Below are positions 47,369 through 58,401 of a stretch of DNA of 64,000 nt, one piece after another. Every line of letters starts with the position of its first letter. The stretch's first letter is position 1. The position numbers were made by a program, and so were the translations under genes. Source of the stretch: an uncultured delta proteobacterium (GTDB lineage: Bacteria > Desulfobacterota > BSN033 > UBA1163); assembly GCA_963711845.1 (NCBI GenBank), contig CAVQFR010000007.1, forward strand, positions 2,165 through 66,164, given 5' to 3'. Under the pieces are notes generated by a model. That model saw only the letters and a list, made by a program, of their open reading frames with translations. It had not been told where the DNA came from and did no database searches.

Positions 47369-50115
47369 TTACACCCGTTTGTGAAACAGCTCGTAGAGTT
47401 TGCGGTTGAGGTCCGGATCAAATATTCCTTTTTTTGTCTTCTGGAAAAAGAGATCTGTAATAGGGTCTGTAAGCAACCGGAGAAACCTCTTTGCGAAACT
47501 CGGGTCTTTGTATTGGAATTTAGGGTCCATATAAGCGAAGACCGAGTAAACCAGGTTCCCGAAGTAGTAGTACTTATCAATCCCTTTGAATAGAAACGGG
47601 GGAAAGACATCCCAGGCGTTCACCCAGTCCGGATAGAGGGTTCTGTCCCCCACCAGATTAATCTGAGGTTTGCCAAAAGCTTCTACAGCCTGTTTCATGT
47701 AATCGCTGATCATGGGGTCCACGCCCATTTTTTCAGCCCCCACCCAATCAGTAGCAACGATGTCTTCACTGCCGATGATGGTCTCAGTCTTATTTGGATC
47801 TTTATCAGCAAAAATTCCGAATGGCCCATCCGCGCTCGCATAGGCATCGATGAAAGCAAAATGGATGGGGAAGTGCTTGATAAACTCTATGGTCGTTGAA
47901 AAGATATCCCGCTCATGATGGTACTCTAAAAACTTATTCTCCATAGGCAATGCGCCGTAAATGTTTTTGATGGTCAAGGTATAGTAGGCGTAGACATGCG
48001 TCTTATTCTTGGCGAAGGAAATCCGGAAATCGGCATTCTTCCACTCCTGATTGACATAGTGTCTGCCCAGTTTCCCTGAAAATTGGAAACTCTTCGAGAT
48101 CCTCCGAGAGATCGATGATTCGATAGTTTCTTCCTTTTAACCCGATGAATTCCGCCACTGTTTTGACTTCTCGATTGGTGAAAAAAGTGCCATAAGTGCT
48201 TCTCGCCTCACCCACGGCGAGATTCCGGTATCCGCGGTCATGCATGGCGGTGACAAGATATTCGACTAATTCAGGATCCGTGTAGGTTGAACGATCCTTT
48301 GTCGAATACATAAACATGAAATTTGGTTTAATGATAATCGCGAAATCCTCTTTGCTCTTTCCCGAACTCTCACGGGCCTTATCGAGCTTCTGGAAAAACT
48401 CCGTTGCCTCAAGAACCCCCTTCAGGGCGTTGAACTTATCGCTGTCTTTGATCGCAGCCACTTTAACTAACTTGTCTGAGTTGACACTCCTTAGAATGTG
48501 AGGATCCATATCCTCCTCTAAGGCGTAGAACAGCCTTCCCTGATCGTCAGTCATACTAACCACCCGCCGCTGGAAGGTGGCGGTCGGAAAATGGTCATTA
48601 TTGATTTCGAGGAGATTCTCATCCTTCATCTTGAACGAGATCGCCTCATCTTCGGACAATATTTTCCATTGATCACCCTGGATATCCAGATCCATGGACG
48701 CAATATGGTCAATGATCCTTCCAAGAAATTGCTCAACTTTATCTTTCAGGTAATCGGTTCGGTTTTTCCGGAATACGTCCGAGCGGATCTTGACATAGAT
48801 CTGGTCTGATTCGGAATTCAGTGCGCAGAAATAGTTATAGTAGAGTGTCGGCCACCGAAAGTTTTTCAGGGTTGAAATCTCAGCCTCCCCCATCGTTTGA
48901 TTAGCCTCAAGGGTAAATGCCTCTGTCTTCAATTCATCCTTGAGCGTAATCCGTCCCTCAGAAACATGAACCCTGATAGGCGTGAGATGGAGACCAAGAC
49001 CTCCGATGCGGCGGAGTAACTCTTTCACCTCTTCCCGGTATTGGCGTGGAATGAGCTTTTCGAAATTGGAAACGACGAGAAAGGGTACATCCACGGTAGG
49101 ATATGACTTGCAGCTGAAATGGATTTCTATTTTGGCATGCATCTTACGCAAATGCCCGGGAAGAGGTGATTTCTCAAGATCGGCCTTCGACACACTGTAT
49201 CCTTCAACCAATTGGTAGATGGGACCTTCATACTGATAAACTCCCTTTTCCACGTCCAGTTTCAGATTCTCAATGATGCGATCCGTCAATACATATCTTT
49301 CCCAGCTTCCGTCACTTTTCTGCCCTCTGTTTTCCCTCTGAATAACAAGAGCAATATCCCAGAAGACCTCATCGTCTCCCCATGGGAAATCTTTGTCATG
49401 GATGCCAGAAAAGAAGAAGAAGTTCCGAAAACCTCCCTCCTCTGAGTGGATCTTCCCCCTCAGAACAAGATTTTCATATCTGGTACGATAAGCAAGGCCT
49501 GGAAGATACGTTTCCCTGATCTCACCGTAACAGAACTTAACAAACGCGGATAGGGTGCGGAGTTTTGTAATCGGGGAAAGAGTGTTCGTCACCTCGAAGG
49601 AAGCGAGCATCGAGGGGAAATCGGGTAACCGAAAAGTCAAAATCCCCGAGCCGATAGGGGTCCCGTCGATCCGTCTCCCGTGATAGATGCGGGTAAATAG
49701 TCTTGTCATATCTTCTAAGACGTCGATCCCTGGGTCGTCGTGGATGACTTTATAGCCATGGAGGAAGTAATCCTTCCCGTCACTGCCGATGAACGAGACG
49801 GAGTAGGCCATCTGTCTTGTCCCGCTGGCTGGATCCGGCTTAAACAGAGTGAATACCTCCGTCTCTGATGGGCAGATTTTGTCCGAGTGGTTTATAGGAA
49901 ATGGTACCACTCATCTTGGCTTCCTGGCCTGACAGTTTAATAAAGTCGGAGACGCTCTCGATCTCAATGGCCACATCAAAGGAGAGGGAATTGTCCTGTT
50001 CTTGACCTTTTTTTTCACCCTCTTCAAAATCCGCTACTCCCTCGGCCACATACCCTGACATCGTCTCCGAAAATCGGAGGCCGACCTTTTCTGCCTCTTT
50101 CCGCTTAAAGGGCAT
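47369..50115 (-). CDS. Large (~900 aa) protein with a C-terminal DUF362 domain; reading frame broken at ~47990 and ~49880
   Basis: DUF362 hallmarks straddle the 48003/47977 ORF boundary: …FAIIIKPNFMF…TDPELVEYLV, RNYRIIDLSED, then in the next frame FAKNKTHVYAYYTLTIKNIYGALP, …FIDAYASADGPFGI, IIGSEDIVATDWVGAEKMGVDP. The shift sits in ccaattttcagggaaa. The 600 aa N-terminal region has no recognisable domain. Confidence 0.6.
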
Positions 50116-50235
50116 CCATCCTCCTCCTTCTCAGCCTATAGGTCCCCGGGTAGGCGAAGACCCTTCTGGGCATTGTCAAGAATCGAAACAGCGGATGGCG
50201 GTCTGCCATCTTTTGTATTCCCACCTTCGACCAAC

Positions 50236-50883
50236 TTATGGTCTGTAAATCTCTATGGCGCCTGCTTTAATTCCTGCTTGGGCAATATCTTCAGGAGTTG
50301 TATTTGAAACACTTACCCCTGGATCCATAAAGTCCTTTCCTGCCTCTTTGTAGCAGTACCTCGTAAAGGCGCTGCAGTACATGGCATTGGGACTATCAAC
50401 GGGATTGGGGAGCCACTGTTTTTTGGTGATGATGGCCCACCATGTCCCGAGAAGTTCATGAATCGGATAAAGTACCTGCTCATCCACGAGCTGCAAAGCG
50501 GTGGCAGAGATATTATCTCTCTGATCCTCCGTGAGTCCAAAATCGATCACCGCAGCATTTTCTACCTCCTCCCTGCACCACTTTCCAATCCAGTTTTCCT
50601 GGGCACCGTTCCGAATCTGCGCTTTAAGAAGATTCACCTTAAGGTCCGATTCGAATATATAAGGGCTTTTACTCTTAGAACCGCCCGGCCCTCTCCGGTC
50701 GAACCTTAAATCTCCAAGGATGAAACAGTGGGACCAAAGAGAGGCTTTCCCGTCCGTTGTCACAACCTTCTGCGCCTCCCGGACGGCCATTCCGAGCATC
50801 CCTTTAGCGCCCACCATCCCTATGAGCCCCGGTTCGTAATGAGTGGTAAAAAATTCCAGGAGTTTGGGATTCAATTCCTCCAC
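50236..50883 (-). CDS. Hypothetical protein (215 aa); possible Cys/His hydrolase but unassignable
   Basis: ORF preceded by a 700 bp ORF-free regulatory region. It contains a SLWSHCFILGD segment and a later YPIHELLG segment. Confidence 0.4.
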   Translation of the reverse strand: MEELNPKLLEFFTTHYEPGLIGMVGAKGMLGMAVREAQKVVTTDGKASLWSHCFILGDLRFDRRGPGGSKSKSPYIFESDLKVNLLKAQIRNGAQENWIGKWCREEVENAAVIDFGLTEDQRDNISATALQLVDEQVLYPIHELLGTWWAIITKKQWLPNPVDSPNAMYCSAFTRYCYKEAGKDFMDPGVSVSNTTPEDIAQAGIKAGAIEIYRP

Positions 50884-51581
50884 AGTTCATCCCTCCTTCT
50901 ATCAGTCCGCCAGGCTGTTGAAAAACCCTTTTCGACAGTTTGGGTAATGTTGGCTTCTTCCAACAGATTTTTTATCCTCGACAATTAGACTCTCTTGCTC
51001 CAAAGAAAGAGCGAAAAAAAAGTGAAAATTAACGAATTCAGATACTTTTCGACTTATGAGAGAGGAATTTGCGGAAGGCTCTAAGGGAAGAATAAACCCC
51101 TTAGAGCTTTTGCCAGGGCATCTTCTGGAAGGACCTTTTCATCGTTCGCTCCAAAAGACTGAATTGTAGTAGGAATAACCGTCCGGGGGCTAAATGTTTA
51201 CAGGCTGTTGAAAAACGCCCATCTGCAGCGTTCCCCTCATCCTCGCCCTGTTAGATGAAGAGGCCTAGCTCTCAGAAAGAAGCGCCACAAACTATGGGAC
51301 CCGATAACCTGAGACTCAACCTGGGTACTATCTAACAGGGCAAGTCGTTGCAGCGTACATTCAAGTACGCCTCACTCCTCAGGATTTCGTGTGCCTTGCA
51401 TCTGGGCATTTTTGATCAGCCTGAAAAAAATGAGTTTTTCAACAAGCTCTTTATCTCTTGTCGAATTTCCTAAAGGAGTACGGTACAAAACCCATTGTAA
51501 GAACGTTGTCGAATCTATCAAAAGCGCTCTGAGAAGTCAAATACTTTTTTGATACTTTTTTGTTGAATTTTGTGTCCGGGC

Positions 51582-52616
51582 TCAGGCCGGGGTTTGATTC
51601 TTCAGGCTGTCAAACCAGGCCAGATTCTCCTTAATCAGGTCGGGGATGGGCAAGTGGTAGGGACAGCGGGGCAGGCATTCTCCACATTCCGAGCAATTCC
51701 GGGCCTTCTCTATCAGATCCATCACCCATTTCGACTCCTGAACATTAGTACCGAATCGCTTGATGATGCTCTTAAGTCCGACAGCAAATTGAATTTTGAT
51801 TTTTTCCGTGCAGGGTTGGCAGTAGTCGCAGCGTCGACAGAATTGGCTGTCGAATTCCTTCTTGATGGCTTCAATTCGCTCTCTATCTTTCTCCGTCAGG
51901 GAATAACCTTCCGTAAAGATCTTCCAATTTTCACGCGCCTTTTCCAGAGTCTCCACTCCAGGAATGGGAACGATGTTCGCCGTTGAGAGGACAAACCTCA
52001 AGGCAGGACCAGCCTCTTCAATCACCCCGCCCGAGAATGGCTTCATCGCCAATATACCGATGTCTTTTTCCTTGGCCAAGGGGAAGACTTTCTGAAGCGC
52101 ATCGGGTTCCAAAAAGCTGTAGCAGGCCATGATGACGTCAAAATGCCCGTCCTTGACCGCCTTCTCCAGTATCTGAAGGTTGTGACTGGTCATGCCGATA
52201 TGATCGATGAGTCCTTCGTCTCGCGCGCGTTTTAACCCTTCGTAGCCTCCTCCAGGCGCCATGACCTTTTCATATTCTTCGAAGCTGGAGACACCGTGCA
52301 GATGGTAAATATTGATTTTTTTTACCTTCATCTGCTTGAGGCTCTCACCTACGTCATTATAGGTCTTCGCTGATCTTACCGGAGATTTTGAGGAAAGAAT
52401 GACAGGGCTATTTATTTTTTGGAGTGCCAATCCGATCCGGTGCTCGCTGTTCGTATAACCACGGGCGGTATCCAGGAGGTCGACTCCCATTTCGATCACC
52501 GCCCGTATGACGGAAACGGCTTCACGTTCACCAACCCGTTGTATCGGAATTCCACCCCACCCCAGTTTGGTCACTAAAAGATTTGTCCTGCCCAGCCTGA
52601 CTTTTTCCATAGGCAC
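51582..52616 (-). CDS. Aldo/keto reductase with C-terminal 4Fe-4S-binding extension
   Basis: 344 aa. AKR core (GTNLLVTKLGWGG … YGNSEHRIG-like segments). The C-terminus carries two Cys clusters (CRRCDYCQPC and CSECGECLPRCPY). Confidence 0.75.
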   Translation of the reverse strand: MPMEKVRLGRTNLLVTKLGWGGIPIQRVGEREAVSVIRAVIEMGVDLLDTARGYTNSEHRIGLALQKINSPVILSSKSPVRSAKTYNDVGESLKQMKVKKINIYHLHGVSSFEEYEKVMAPGGGYEGLKRARDEGLIDHIGMTSHNLQILEKAVKDGHFDVIMACYSFLEPDALQKVFPLAKEKDIGILAMKPFSGGVIEEAGPALRFVLSTANIVPIPGVETLEKARENWKIFTEGYSLTEKDRERIEAIKKEFDSQFCRRCDYCQPCTEKIKIQFAVGLKSIIKRFGTNVQESKWVMDLIEKARNCSECGECLPRCPYHLPIPDLIKENLAWFDSLKNQTPA

Positions 52617-52733
52617 CCCTGACGCTATTTATAATACAAATAACCGTGCATTTCTATCAATCGCCGGAAAAATTGTTTATAATGATGTAAGAAAATTTGG
52701 CCAAAAATATTTGAAATTGGAAAAAACTGCTTT

Positions 52734-53822
52734 ATGCCCTTTTCAGAGACGATTCGTAAAAAAATCCTCCTCATTGAGGAGGTGATCAACTTCCCCACCT
52801 CCCTGCTCTCGCACAAAAATTACCACTGGGAGAATCTTGCCATGGTTCCCTATTCAGACTTGACAGGGGCGGTCTCTTCTCTGGTTGGAAAAGGCAGGAA
52901 GGTCGTCATCATCACCGGTTTCTATGTTCCGGTTGGAGATCCGCCGGCCACAGAGACGGACGGTCCTCCAGGAGCCCTTGCCCTGGCAAAGGGGCTGAGA
53001 CATCTGGGGATGGAGGTCTCTCTCCTCTCGGATGAATATACCCTTTCAGCATTGAAGGCGGGATTAAAGGTCCTTGATCTCCCGGAAAAAGAGGTCCCCA
53101 TCATCTGCTTTCCATTGGAGCATTCAGACCGGGATCATACGAGCCGGATGATGAATGAAGAGAATCAAAGCTCCATTTCGATCCGGTTCGCTCAAGACTT
53201 TTTCAATAGCGTGCCGGGTCAAGACCTTACCCATCTTGTTTATATTGAAAGAGTGGGGCCCAATCACACCCTGGAATCCTTCATCGCTCAGCAACGCCGG
53301 GGCAAGCCCCCCTTAAGAGAATTTGAAACGATCCTTCCTCCTCCCATCAGAAACCGGTGTTTCAGCTCGCGCCTTGAGGACATCACCCGATTTACAGCCA
53401 AAACGCATTTTCTCGTCGACGTTGCCGAGAGGTTGGGTTTGCCCCTTGAAAGCATCGGGATCGGGGACCGGGGAAATGAAATCGGAGCGGGGAAGATTCC
53501 GTGGGAGGTGTTTAAACAAAACTCTTCGACAAATCGGGAAGCGGTTTTTTGCTCTCGTGTGAGAACCAGCACCCTCATCTCCTGCGGGATTTCGAACTGG
53601 GGAGGCTATGCCCTGCTGGCAGGAGTGGCGTTGGCCAAGGGGAGATTGGAGATTCTCGAAAAAGTGACTCCCGAACAAGAAGGGACCGTTCTCGATTATC
53701 TCGTCCGTCACGGCCCGGCCATTGATGGGATCACTTGCAAGCCGGATCTTTCCGTGGATGGAATCGAATTTGATGACTATGTGAAAGTGATTGAACGAAT
53801 CAAGGAAATCGCTTTTGAGTGA
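52734..53822 (+). CDS. Conserved hypothetical protein (362 aa)
   Basis: ORF contains the segments ITGFYVPVGDPPATETDGPPGALALA and GIGDRGNEIGAGKI. No domain assignable from sequence alone. Confidence 0.4.
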   Translation: MPFSETIRKKILLIEEVINFPTSLLSHKNYHWENLAMVPYSDLTGAVSSLVGKGRKVVIITGFYVPVGDPPATETDGPPGALALAKGLRHLGMEVSLLSDEYTLSALKAGLKVLDLPEKEVPIICFPLEHSDRDHTSRMMNEENQSSISIRFAQDFFNSVPGQDLTHLVYIERVGPNHTLESFIAQQRRGKPPLREFETILPPPIRNRCFSSRLEDITRFTAKTHFLVDVAERLGLPLESIGIGDRGNEIGAGKIPWEVFKQNSSTNREAVFCSRVRTSTLISCGISNWGGYALLAGVALAKGRLEILEKVTPEQEGTVLDYLVRHGPAIDGITCKPDLSVDGIEFDDYVKVIERIKEIAFE

Positions 53823-53889
53823 ACCTTAACGTTGCAATCCCATTTCCATTCAATTTAAAATATGGTATGAAACATGCGGGGGCTTACCA

Positions 53890-55242
53890 ATGAAACATTT
53901 CTCTGATGCTTACCGGCGAAAGACACCCATCTCAGAAAGCCTCTTCAAAAGGGCGAAAGAGGTGATGCCCGGGGGTATTTCTCACAACGTTCATTTTTTC
54001 CCGCCCTACCCTTTCTTCATCAAAAAGACAAAAGGCTACAAAATCTGGGACGTGGACGGGAATGAATACGTGGACCTCTGGATGGGCAATTTTACCCATA
54101 TCCTGGGCCACCGCCCTTCCGTCGTGGTCCGTGCCATTGAAAAACAATTAAAGGAGGGAGTCCATTGGGGCCTGGCGTATAAGAAACAGATCGAATGGGC
54201 AGAACTGGTTCAAGAACTGGTGCCCTCCGCAGAAATGGTCCGGTTCTGTTGTTCCGGGACAGAAGCGACCATGTACGCGGTCAGGCTTACCCGTGGCTTT
54301 ACGGGTAAGAAAATCATCCTGAAAGCCGCAGGGGGGTGGCACGGAGCCAATTCCGATCTCTCCTTAGGTATTAAAATGCCTTATGAAAGAGAGGAAAGCC
54401 TCGGCTTACTCCCCGAACTCCAGCAATACACAAAAGTCATTCCCTTTAATGACCTTTCCGGCTCGCTCGAAATCATTCATCAAAATCAAAAAGATTTGGC
54501 CGGAATCATTCTCGAACCGATCATCGGTGAAGGCGGGTTTATTTCAGCGACGGAAGAATATCTTCAAATGCTTCGCTCGGAGACCCAAAAGCTGGGAGCT
54601 CTCCTGATTTTCGATGAAGTGATTTCATGTTTTCGAGTGGCCCTGGGGGGCGCCCAGGAAAGGTTCAACATTCTACCGGACCTGACGACTCTGGGAAAGA
54701 TTGTGGGCGGAGGAATGCCCGTCGGCGCCCTGGCGGGGAAAAGGGAGATCCTCGAGAGATCTTCACCTGAAAAGAAGATGAATAAGTGGGAAAGAATTTT
54801 AATCGGCGGGGGAACCTTTTCCGCCCATCCGTTGACCGCCGCTGCAGGATTGGCCATGCTTCGTTATTTAAAAGATCATCGCAAAAAGATCTATCCTCTT
54901 CTGGAATCAAAAGGAGAAAAAATTCGCAAAGGGCTCCAGGAGGCCCTTGACCGGGAAGGATTGAATGCCGTGGTCACGGGGACCGGATCGCTCTTTCAGA
55001 CCCATTTCCCTTTTGAAAAGGGAGTGAAACTGGATTCTCCGCAATCCATTCACCGCCTCACCGATTTAGAGAAAAGGGAGAATGAGTTTAGAATCAGAAT
55101 GCTCGCAAAAGGGATTCACGTCATGCACGGCGGGGGTTGCCTATCGATTGCCCATTCTGATGAGGACATTGAAAAAATCATTAAGGCCGCCCGAAAAGTC
55201 GGCAAGGAGATGGTTGACTCAGTTCGGAGTTCGAAGTTCTAA
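53890..55242 (+). CDS. Class III aminotransferase of the glutamate-1-semialdehyde 2,1-aminomutase family (HemL-like, divergent)
   Basis: 450 aa. …MPGGISHNVHFF…YKIWDVDGNEYVDLWMGNFTHILGHRPS…FCCSGTEATMYAVRLTRGFTGKKII parallels the HemL N-terminal blocks. It lies close to the hemE-hemH-hemY genes. The N-terminal motif is less typical (GGVNSPVRAF in canonical HemL). Confidence 0.6.
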   Translation: MKHFSDAYRRKTPISESLFKRAKEVMPGGISHNVHFFPPYPFFIKKTKGYKIWDVDGNEYVDLWMGNFTHILGHRPSVVVRAIEKQLKEGVHWGLAYKKQIEWAELVQELVPSAEMVRFCCSGTEATMYAVRLTRGFTGKKIILKAAGGWHGANSDLSLGIKMPYEREESLGLLPELQQYTKVIPFNDLSGSLEIIHQNQKDLAGIILEPIIGEGGFISATEEYLQMLRSETQKLGALLIFDEVISCFRVALGGAQERFNILPDLTTLGKIVGGGMPVGALAGKREILERSSPEKKMNKWERILIGGGTFSAHPLTAAAGLAMLRYLKDHRKKIYPLLESKGEKIRKGLQEALDREGLNAVVTGTGSLFQTHFPFEKGVKLDSPQSIHRLTDLEKRENEFRIRMLAKGIHVMHGGGCLSIAHSDEDIEKIIKAARKVGKEMVDSVRSSKF

Positions 55243-55311
55243 GTTCGGAGTTCTGAATATTTACCCCAACCCCTGAGCTTTAAAATTTAAATTTGAAACC
55301 TCAAAGAAGGA

Positions 55312-55963
55312 ATGGCAATGGCAGAGGATGCAACAAAAATTGGTGTGATCGTCGTGGATATTCAGGGAGACTTTACAAAACTGAAGAACGGCTCCCTGGC
55401 CGTGGATGGAACAGACGAAGCCTATATTAAAACCGTGGAGGAAAATACAAAGAGACTGAAAGAAGCAGGTTTTCCGATTTACGCCACTCAGGATTGGCAT
55501 CCTGCCGATCACATTTCTTTCTTTACCAATCATCCAGGGAAAAAGGCTTTCGATGTGATTCAGCTTCATGAAAAGGACCAGGTCCTCTGGCCGCCCCATT
55601 GCGTGCAAAAGACTCCCGGAGCAAAGATCTTATTGGATCACAAATTATTTACAGGGGTCACGAAAAAGGGGATGGATCCACAATATGATAGTTATTCTGG
55701 TTTTCAGGATGATGGCGGGAAAAAGACTGACCTGGATCGAGCTTCTCAAAAAGGATGGGATTAGAAAACTGGTCGTCTATGGTATTGCAACCGATTACTG
55801 TGTCAGGGCGACCTCACTGGATGGAGTGGCAGCAGGATATAAAGTCGTTTTAATCAAGAATCTCTGCAGGGGAGTCGCGCCGGATACCTCTCAAAAGGCG
55901 ATTGAAGAGATGAAGGCAAAGGGGATTGTCGTCCTGGACAATTTGGATTTAGAAAAGATATGA
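55312..55963 (+). CDS. pncA: Nicotinamidase / isochorismatase-family hydrolase; frame change in an A5 run at ~55725
   Basis: N-terminal ORF: IVVDIQGDFT…YATQDWHPADHISF (catalytic Asp, Lys and His context). Second ORF: LVVYGIATDYCVRATSLDG (catalytic Cys). The reading frames join across gggaaaaagactgac. Confidence 0.65.
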
Positions 55964-56283
55964 AAGGATGTGTTGACCGAAGTTACCGGCCTGATCGGCA
56001 GCGAGAATCCGAAGTCTACCTCATCTGAGACCCGCCGGAAGTGATGTCTTTCCTTCAAATAGACTCGCCTTGCCGGCATATTTTAGATTGAATTTCTCCG
56101 AAACCTTATCCCCGTAAACCCATTGTCCCCATATTTCGAATTTGTTCGAGTCCCAGAGACCTCCGGGAGTGATGGGGCATCCTCAGAGCATCCGGACTTC
56201 GACCCTCACTGAAACTTCTTCTCCTTTCTTCAGATCTTCCTTCGGACGAGGGACTCAGAATGTTGACAATCAATCCATTCAGT

Positions 56284-56748
56284 TCAATGATCAATCCCTT
56301 CACCCAGGATGTGCTTACCGGGAATAAGGGTGATTGTCTTTGAACCTTTCTGTACGGCGTGAGGGTACGCAAGAGGAGCTTCAGCAAAAATCTCTACTTG
56401 GGTTGGTTTATCTAAAAGAATCTCGGCTTGATAAAAAGCGGCATCAGGAGTTCCATAAAGAGGCTCCCCTCTTTTATGAGGTTGGACCATAATACGGTCT
56501 GTGTCACCCGTCCCTCCTTCCTGTTTTCCCTGAGCAAGAATCTCTCCTGATTCGAGATTCTTAATTCGGACAAAGGCCCCACCCACCCCCGAGCCAATCA
56601 CTTTAGCGTCCTTTGAAACCACACGAACGATCACCTTTGTCGGAATCTTTTCAGCAGAAAAAGCTGGGGATGTTAATAGAAAGATGATATGAGTGGAAAT
56701 GAGAAAGAGCAACACAAATCTTGAGATTGTATTTGTTCGCTTACTCAC
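56284..56748 (-). CDS. Secreted hypothetical protein
   Basis: 154 aa with a signal peptide (…IIFLLTSPAFSAEK). No recognisable domain. Confidence 0.45.
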   Translation of the reverse strand: MSKRTNTISRFVLLFLISTHIIFLLTSPAFSAEKIPTKVIVRVVSKDAKVIGSGVGGAFVRIKNLESGEILAQGKQEGGTGDTDRIMVQPHKRGEPLYGTPDAAFYQAEILLDKPTQVEIFAEAPLAYPHAVQKGSKTITLIPGKHILGEGIDH

Positions 56749-56837
56749 CTTTAAGCTCTCTCCTTCTACTTTCTGCCTTCTCCCTTTATCCTCTTCCCTT
56801 TAGCCTATCGCCTCCCGCCTTTTACCTCTAGCCTTGC

Positions 56838-58340
56838 TCAGTAATACCGCTTCTCGTCGACGTGGTCTTCGGAGAGATCCATGCCCCATTCACCGAGGAC
56901 CTTCGAAACCGCCCGTTCACCGCTCTCGATGCAATTCGGGACGCCTACACCCCTGTAACAGCCGCCGGCAAGGGCCAGGCCGGGAATCTGAGCACTGTGG
57001 TTTTCGATCAGTGTGACACGTTCAAGGTGCCCGAGCGTGTACTGCGGCATGCCGCGGTGCCACCGGAAGACGCGCGAGAAGAGCGGCTTCGCAAACGGGT
57101 TGAGGCCCAGGATATCACGGAACTCGGCGAGTACCGTCTGCACGAGTTCCTCGTCCGAGCGCTTCAAAATTTCCTGGTTGTGTGGACCCCCGACGAAACC
57201 GCGCAGCAGCACCTTGCCCGCCGGGGCCCGGCCCGGCCACTTGGTGGAGGAGTAAGTCGCCGCCATGAGGGCACGGCCCTCTGCGAGGGGACACAGAACC
57301 CCGAAGGCATTCAGATCGAAACCAACCTCGTTCTCCTTGAAGGCGATCGATACCGTCGCCGAGGAAGAAGTCGGTATGTTGGCAAGGGCGTCTGCGATGG
57401 CCTCGTCATGGGGGCGGATGAGCGGCTCGGCAGCCCACGACTCGGTGGCAATGATCACTGCGTCCCCGTCGACGTTAGAACCGTTGGAGAGCTGGGCGCT
57501 CCATGCACCTTGCTTGATGCAACGGAGCGACGTGACGGCCGCGCCCGTGTGGATGCTCTCGCGACCTGCGGCGTCTGCCATACGGTTCGTCAGTTGCTGC
57601 ATACCATTCAAAAAGGAGGTGAAGAACGTACGAGGTTTCTCTCCCGGCTTGGGCGGGTACTTTCGCCGCATTTCTTCGATCTTGCGACGGGTAGCAATGA
57701 AAGCCTTCATGAGAGACCCGTACTTCTGCTCCATCTCGAGAAGGCGCGGGAAGGTTGCAGCAAGCGACATTTGCGCAGGGTCGGACGCGTGGACGCCTCC
57801 GACCAGCGGCTCTGCAAGGCGATCGAGGCACTCACGGCCCATCCGGCGGACCACAAAGCTCTCGAGTGTCTCATCGTTGACCTCCCCCGGCGCAACCTTC
57901 CTCCGCGGGATGAAGAGGTCCACAGCCATCCGGACTTTACCCTGCCATGAAAACAGGCCGGTTGTGGCAAAGGGCACGAACTTCGTGGGGGCGAACATCA
58001 TGACGCCATCCGGCATCTGATGAAGTTTGCCGCGAGACAGGATCCACGTGCGCTTCCGGGAGTCGTCGGTCGGTAATTCGTCATCGAAGATCCCTGTGAG
58101 CTTGGCGATACGGTGGCACGCCGGCTTTTCGGTCAAGAAACAGTCCGGACCGCCGTCCACGACGAACCTGCCCTTCTCCGAGGGATCCGGGACCATCTCT
58201 GTTTGGATCTTCCCCCCAAGACGCCGGTCCTTCTCGACCAGAACGAACTCGACGTCGTGGCCTTCCGCCGCGGCCCGGGCGACCTTGTAGGCAGCGCCAA
58301 GCCCGGCAGCGCCGCCGCCGATGATGATGATCCGCTTCAT
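56838..58340 (-). CDS. hemY: FAD-dependent protoporphyrinogen / coproporphyrinogen III oxidase
   Basis: Start chosen at MKRIIIIGGGAAGLGAAY, the FAD dinucleotide-binding motif. HemY/PPOX family blocks run throughout (…VLVEKDRRLGGKI…). Confidence 0.8.
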   Translation of the reverse strand: MKRIIIIGGGAAGLGAAYKVARAAAEGHDVEFVLVEKDRRLGGKIQTEMVPDPSEKGRFVVDGGPDCFLTEKPACHRIAKLTGIFDDELPTDDSRKRTWILSRGKLHQMPDGVMMFAPTKFVPFATTGLFSWQGKVRMAVDLFIPRRKVAPGEVNDETLESFVVRRMGRECLDRLAEPLVGGVHASDPAQMSLAATFPRLLEMEQKYGSLMKAFIATRRKIEEMRRKYPPKPGEKPRTFFTSFLNGMQQLTNRMADAAGRESIHTGAAVTSLRCIKQGAWSAQLSNGSNVDGDAVIIATESWAAEPLIRPHDEAIADALANIPTSSSATVSIAFKENEVGFDLNAFGVLCPLAEGRALMAATYSSTKWPGRAPAGKVLLRGFVGGPHNQEILKRSDEELVQTVLAEFRDILGLNPFAKPLFSRVFRWHRGMPQYTLGHLERVTLIENHSAQIPGLALAGGCYRGVGVPNCIESGERAVSKVLGEWGMDLSEDHVDEKRYY

Positions 58341-58401
58341 GGATCTCCTATACTGCAGAGGCCAAGGGTTCAAGTGTTTAAAGACTTGTGCAAGATTTCA
58401 A

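Noticed and set aside
50236-50883. Assignment of the 215 aa protein as a papain-like (NlpC/P60 or C92) peptidase on the basis of an S-H-C segment and a later His
   Set aside because: The motif resemblance is too weak without an alignment. Kept as hypothetical.
56862-58020. Long antisense ORFs (362 aa and 251 aa) opposite hemY, and similar antisense ORFs opposite other large genes (for example 41046-41558, 29875-30474, 1303-1626)
   Set aside because: They lie entirely within well-supported genes on the other strand and have Arg/Pro/Gly-rich low-complexity composition typical of GC-rich antisense frames.
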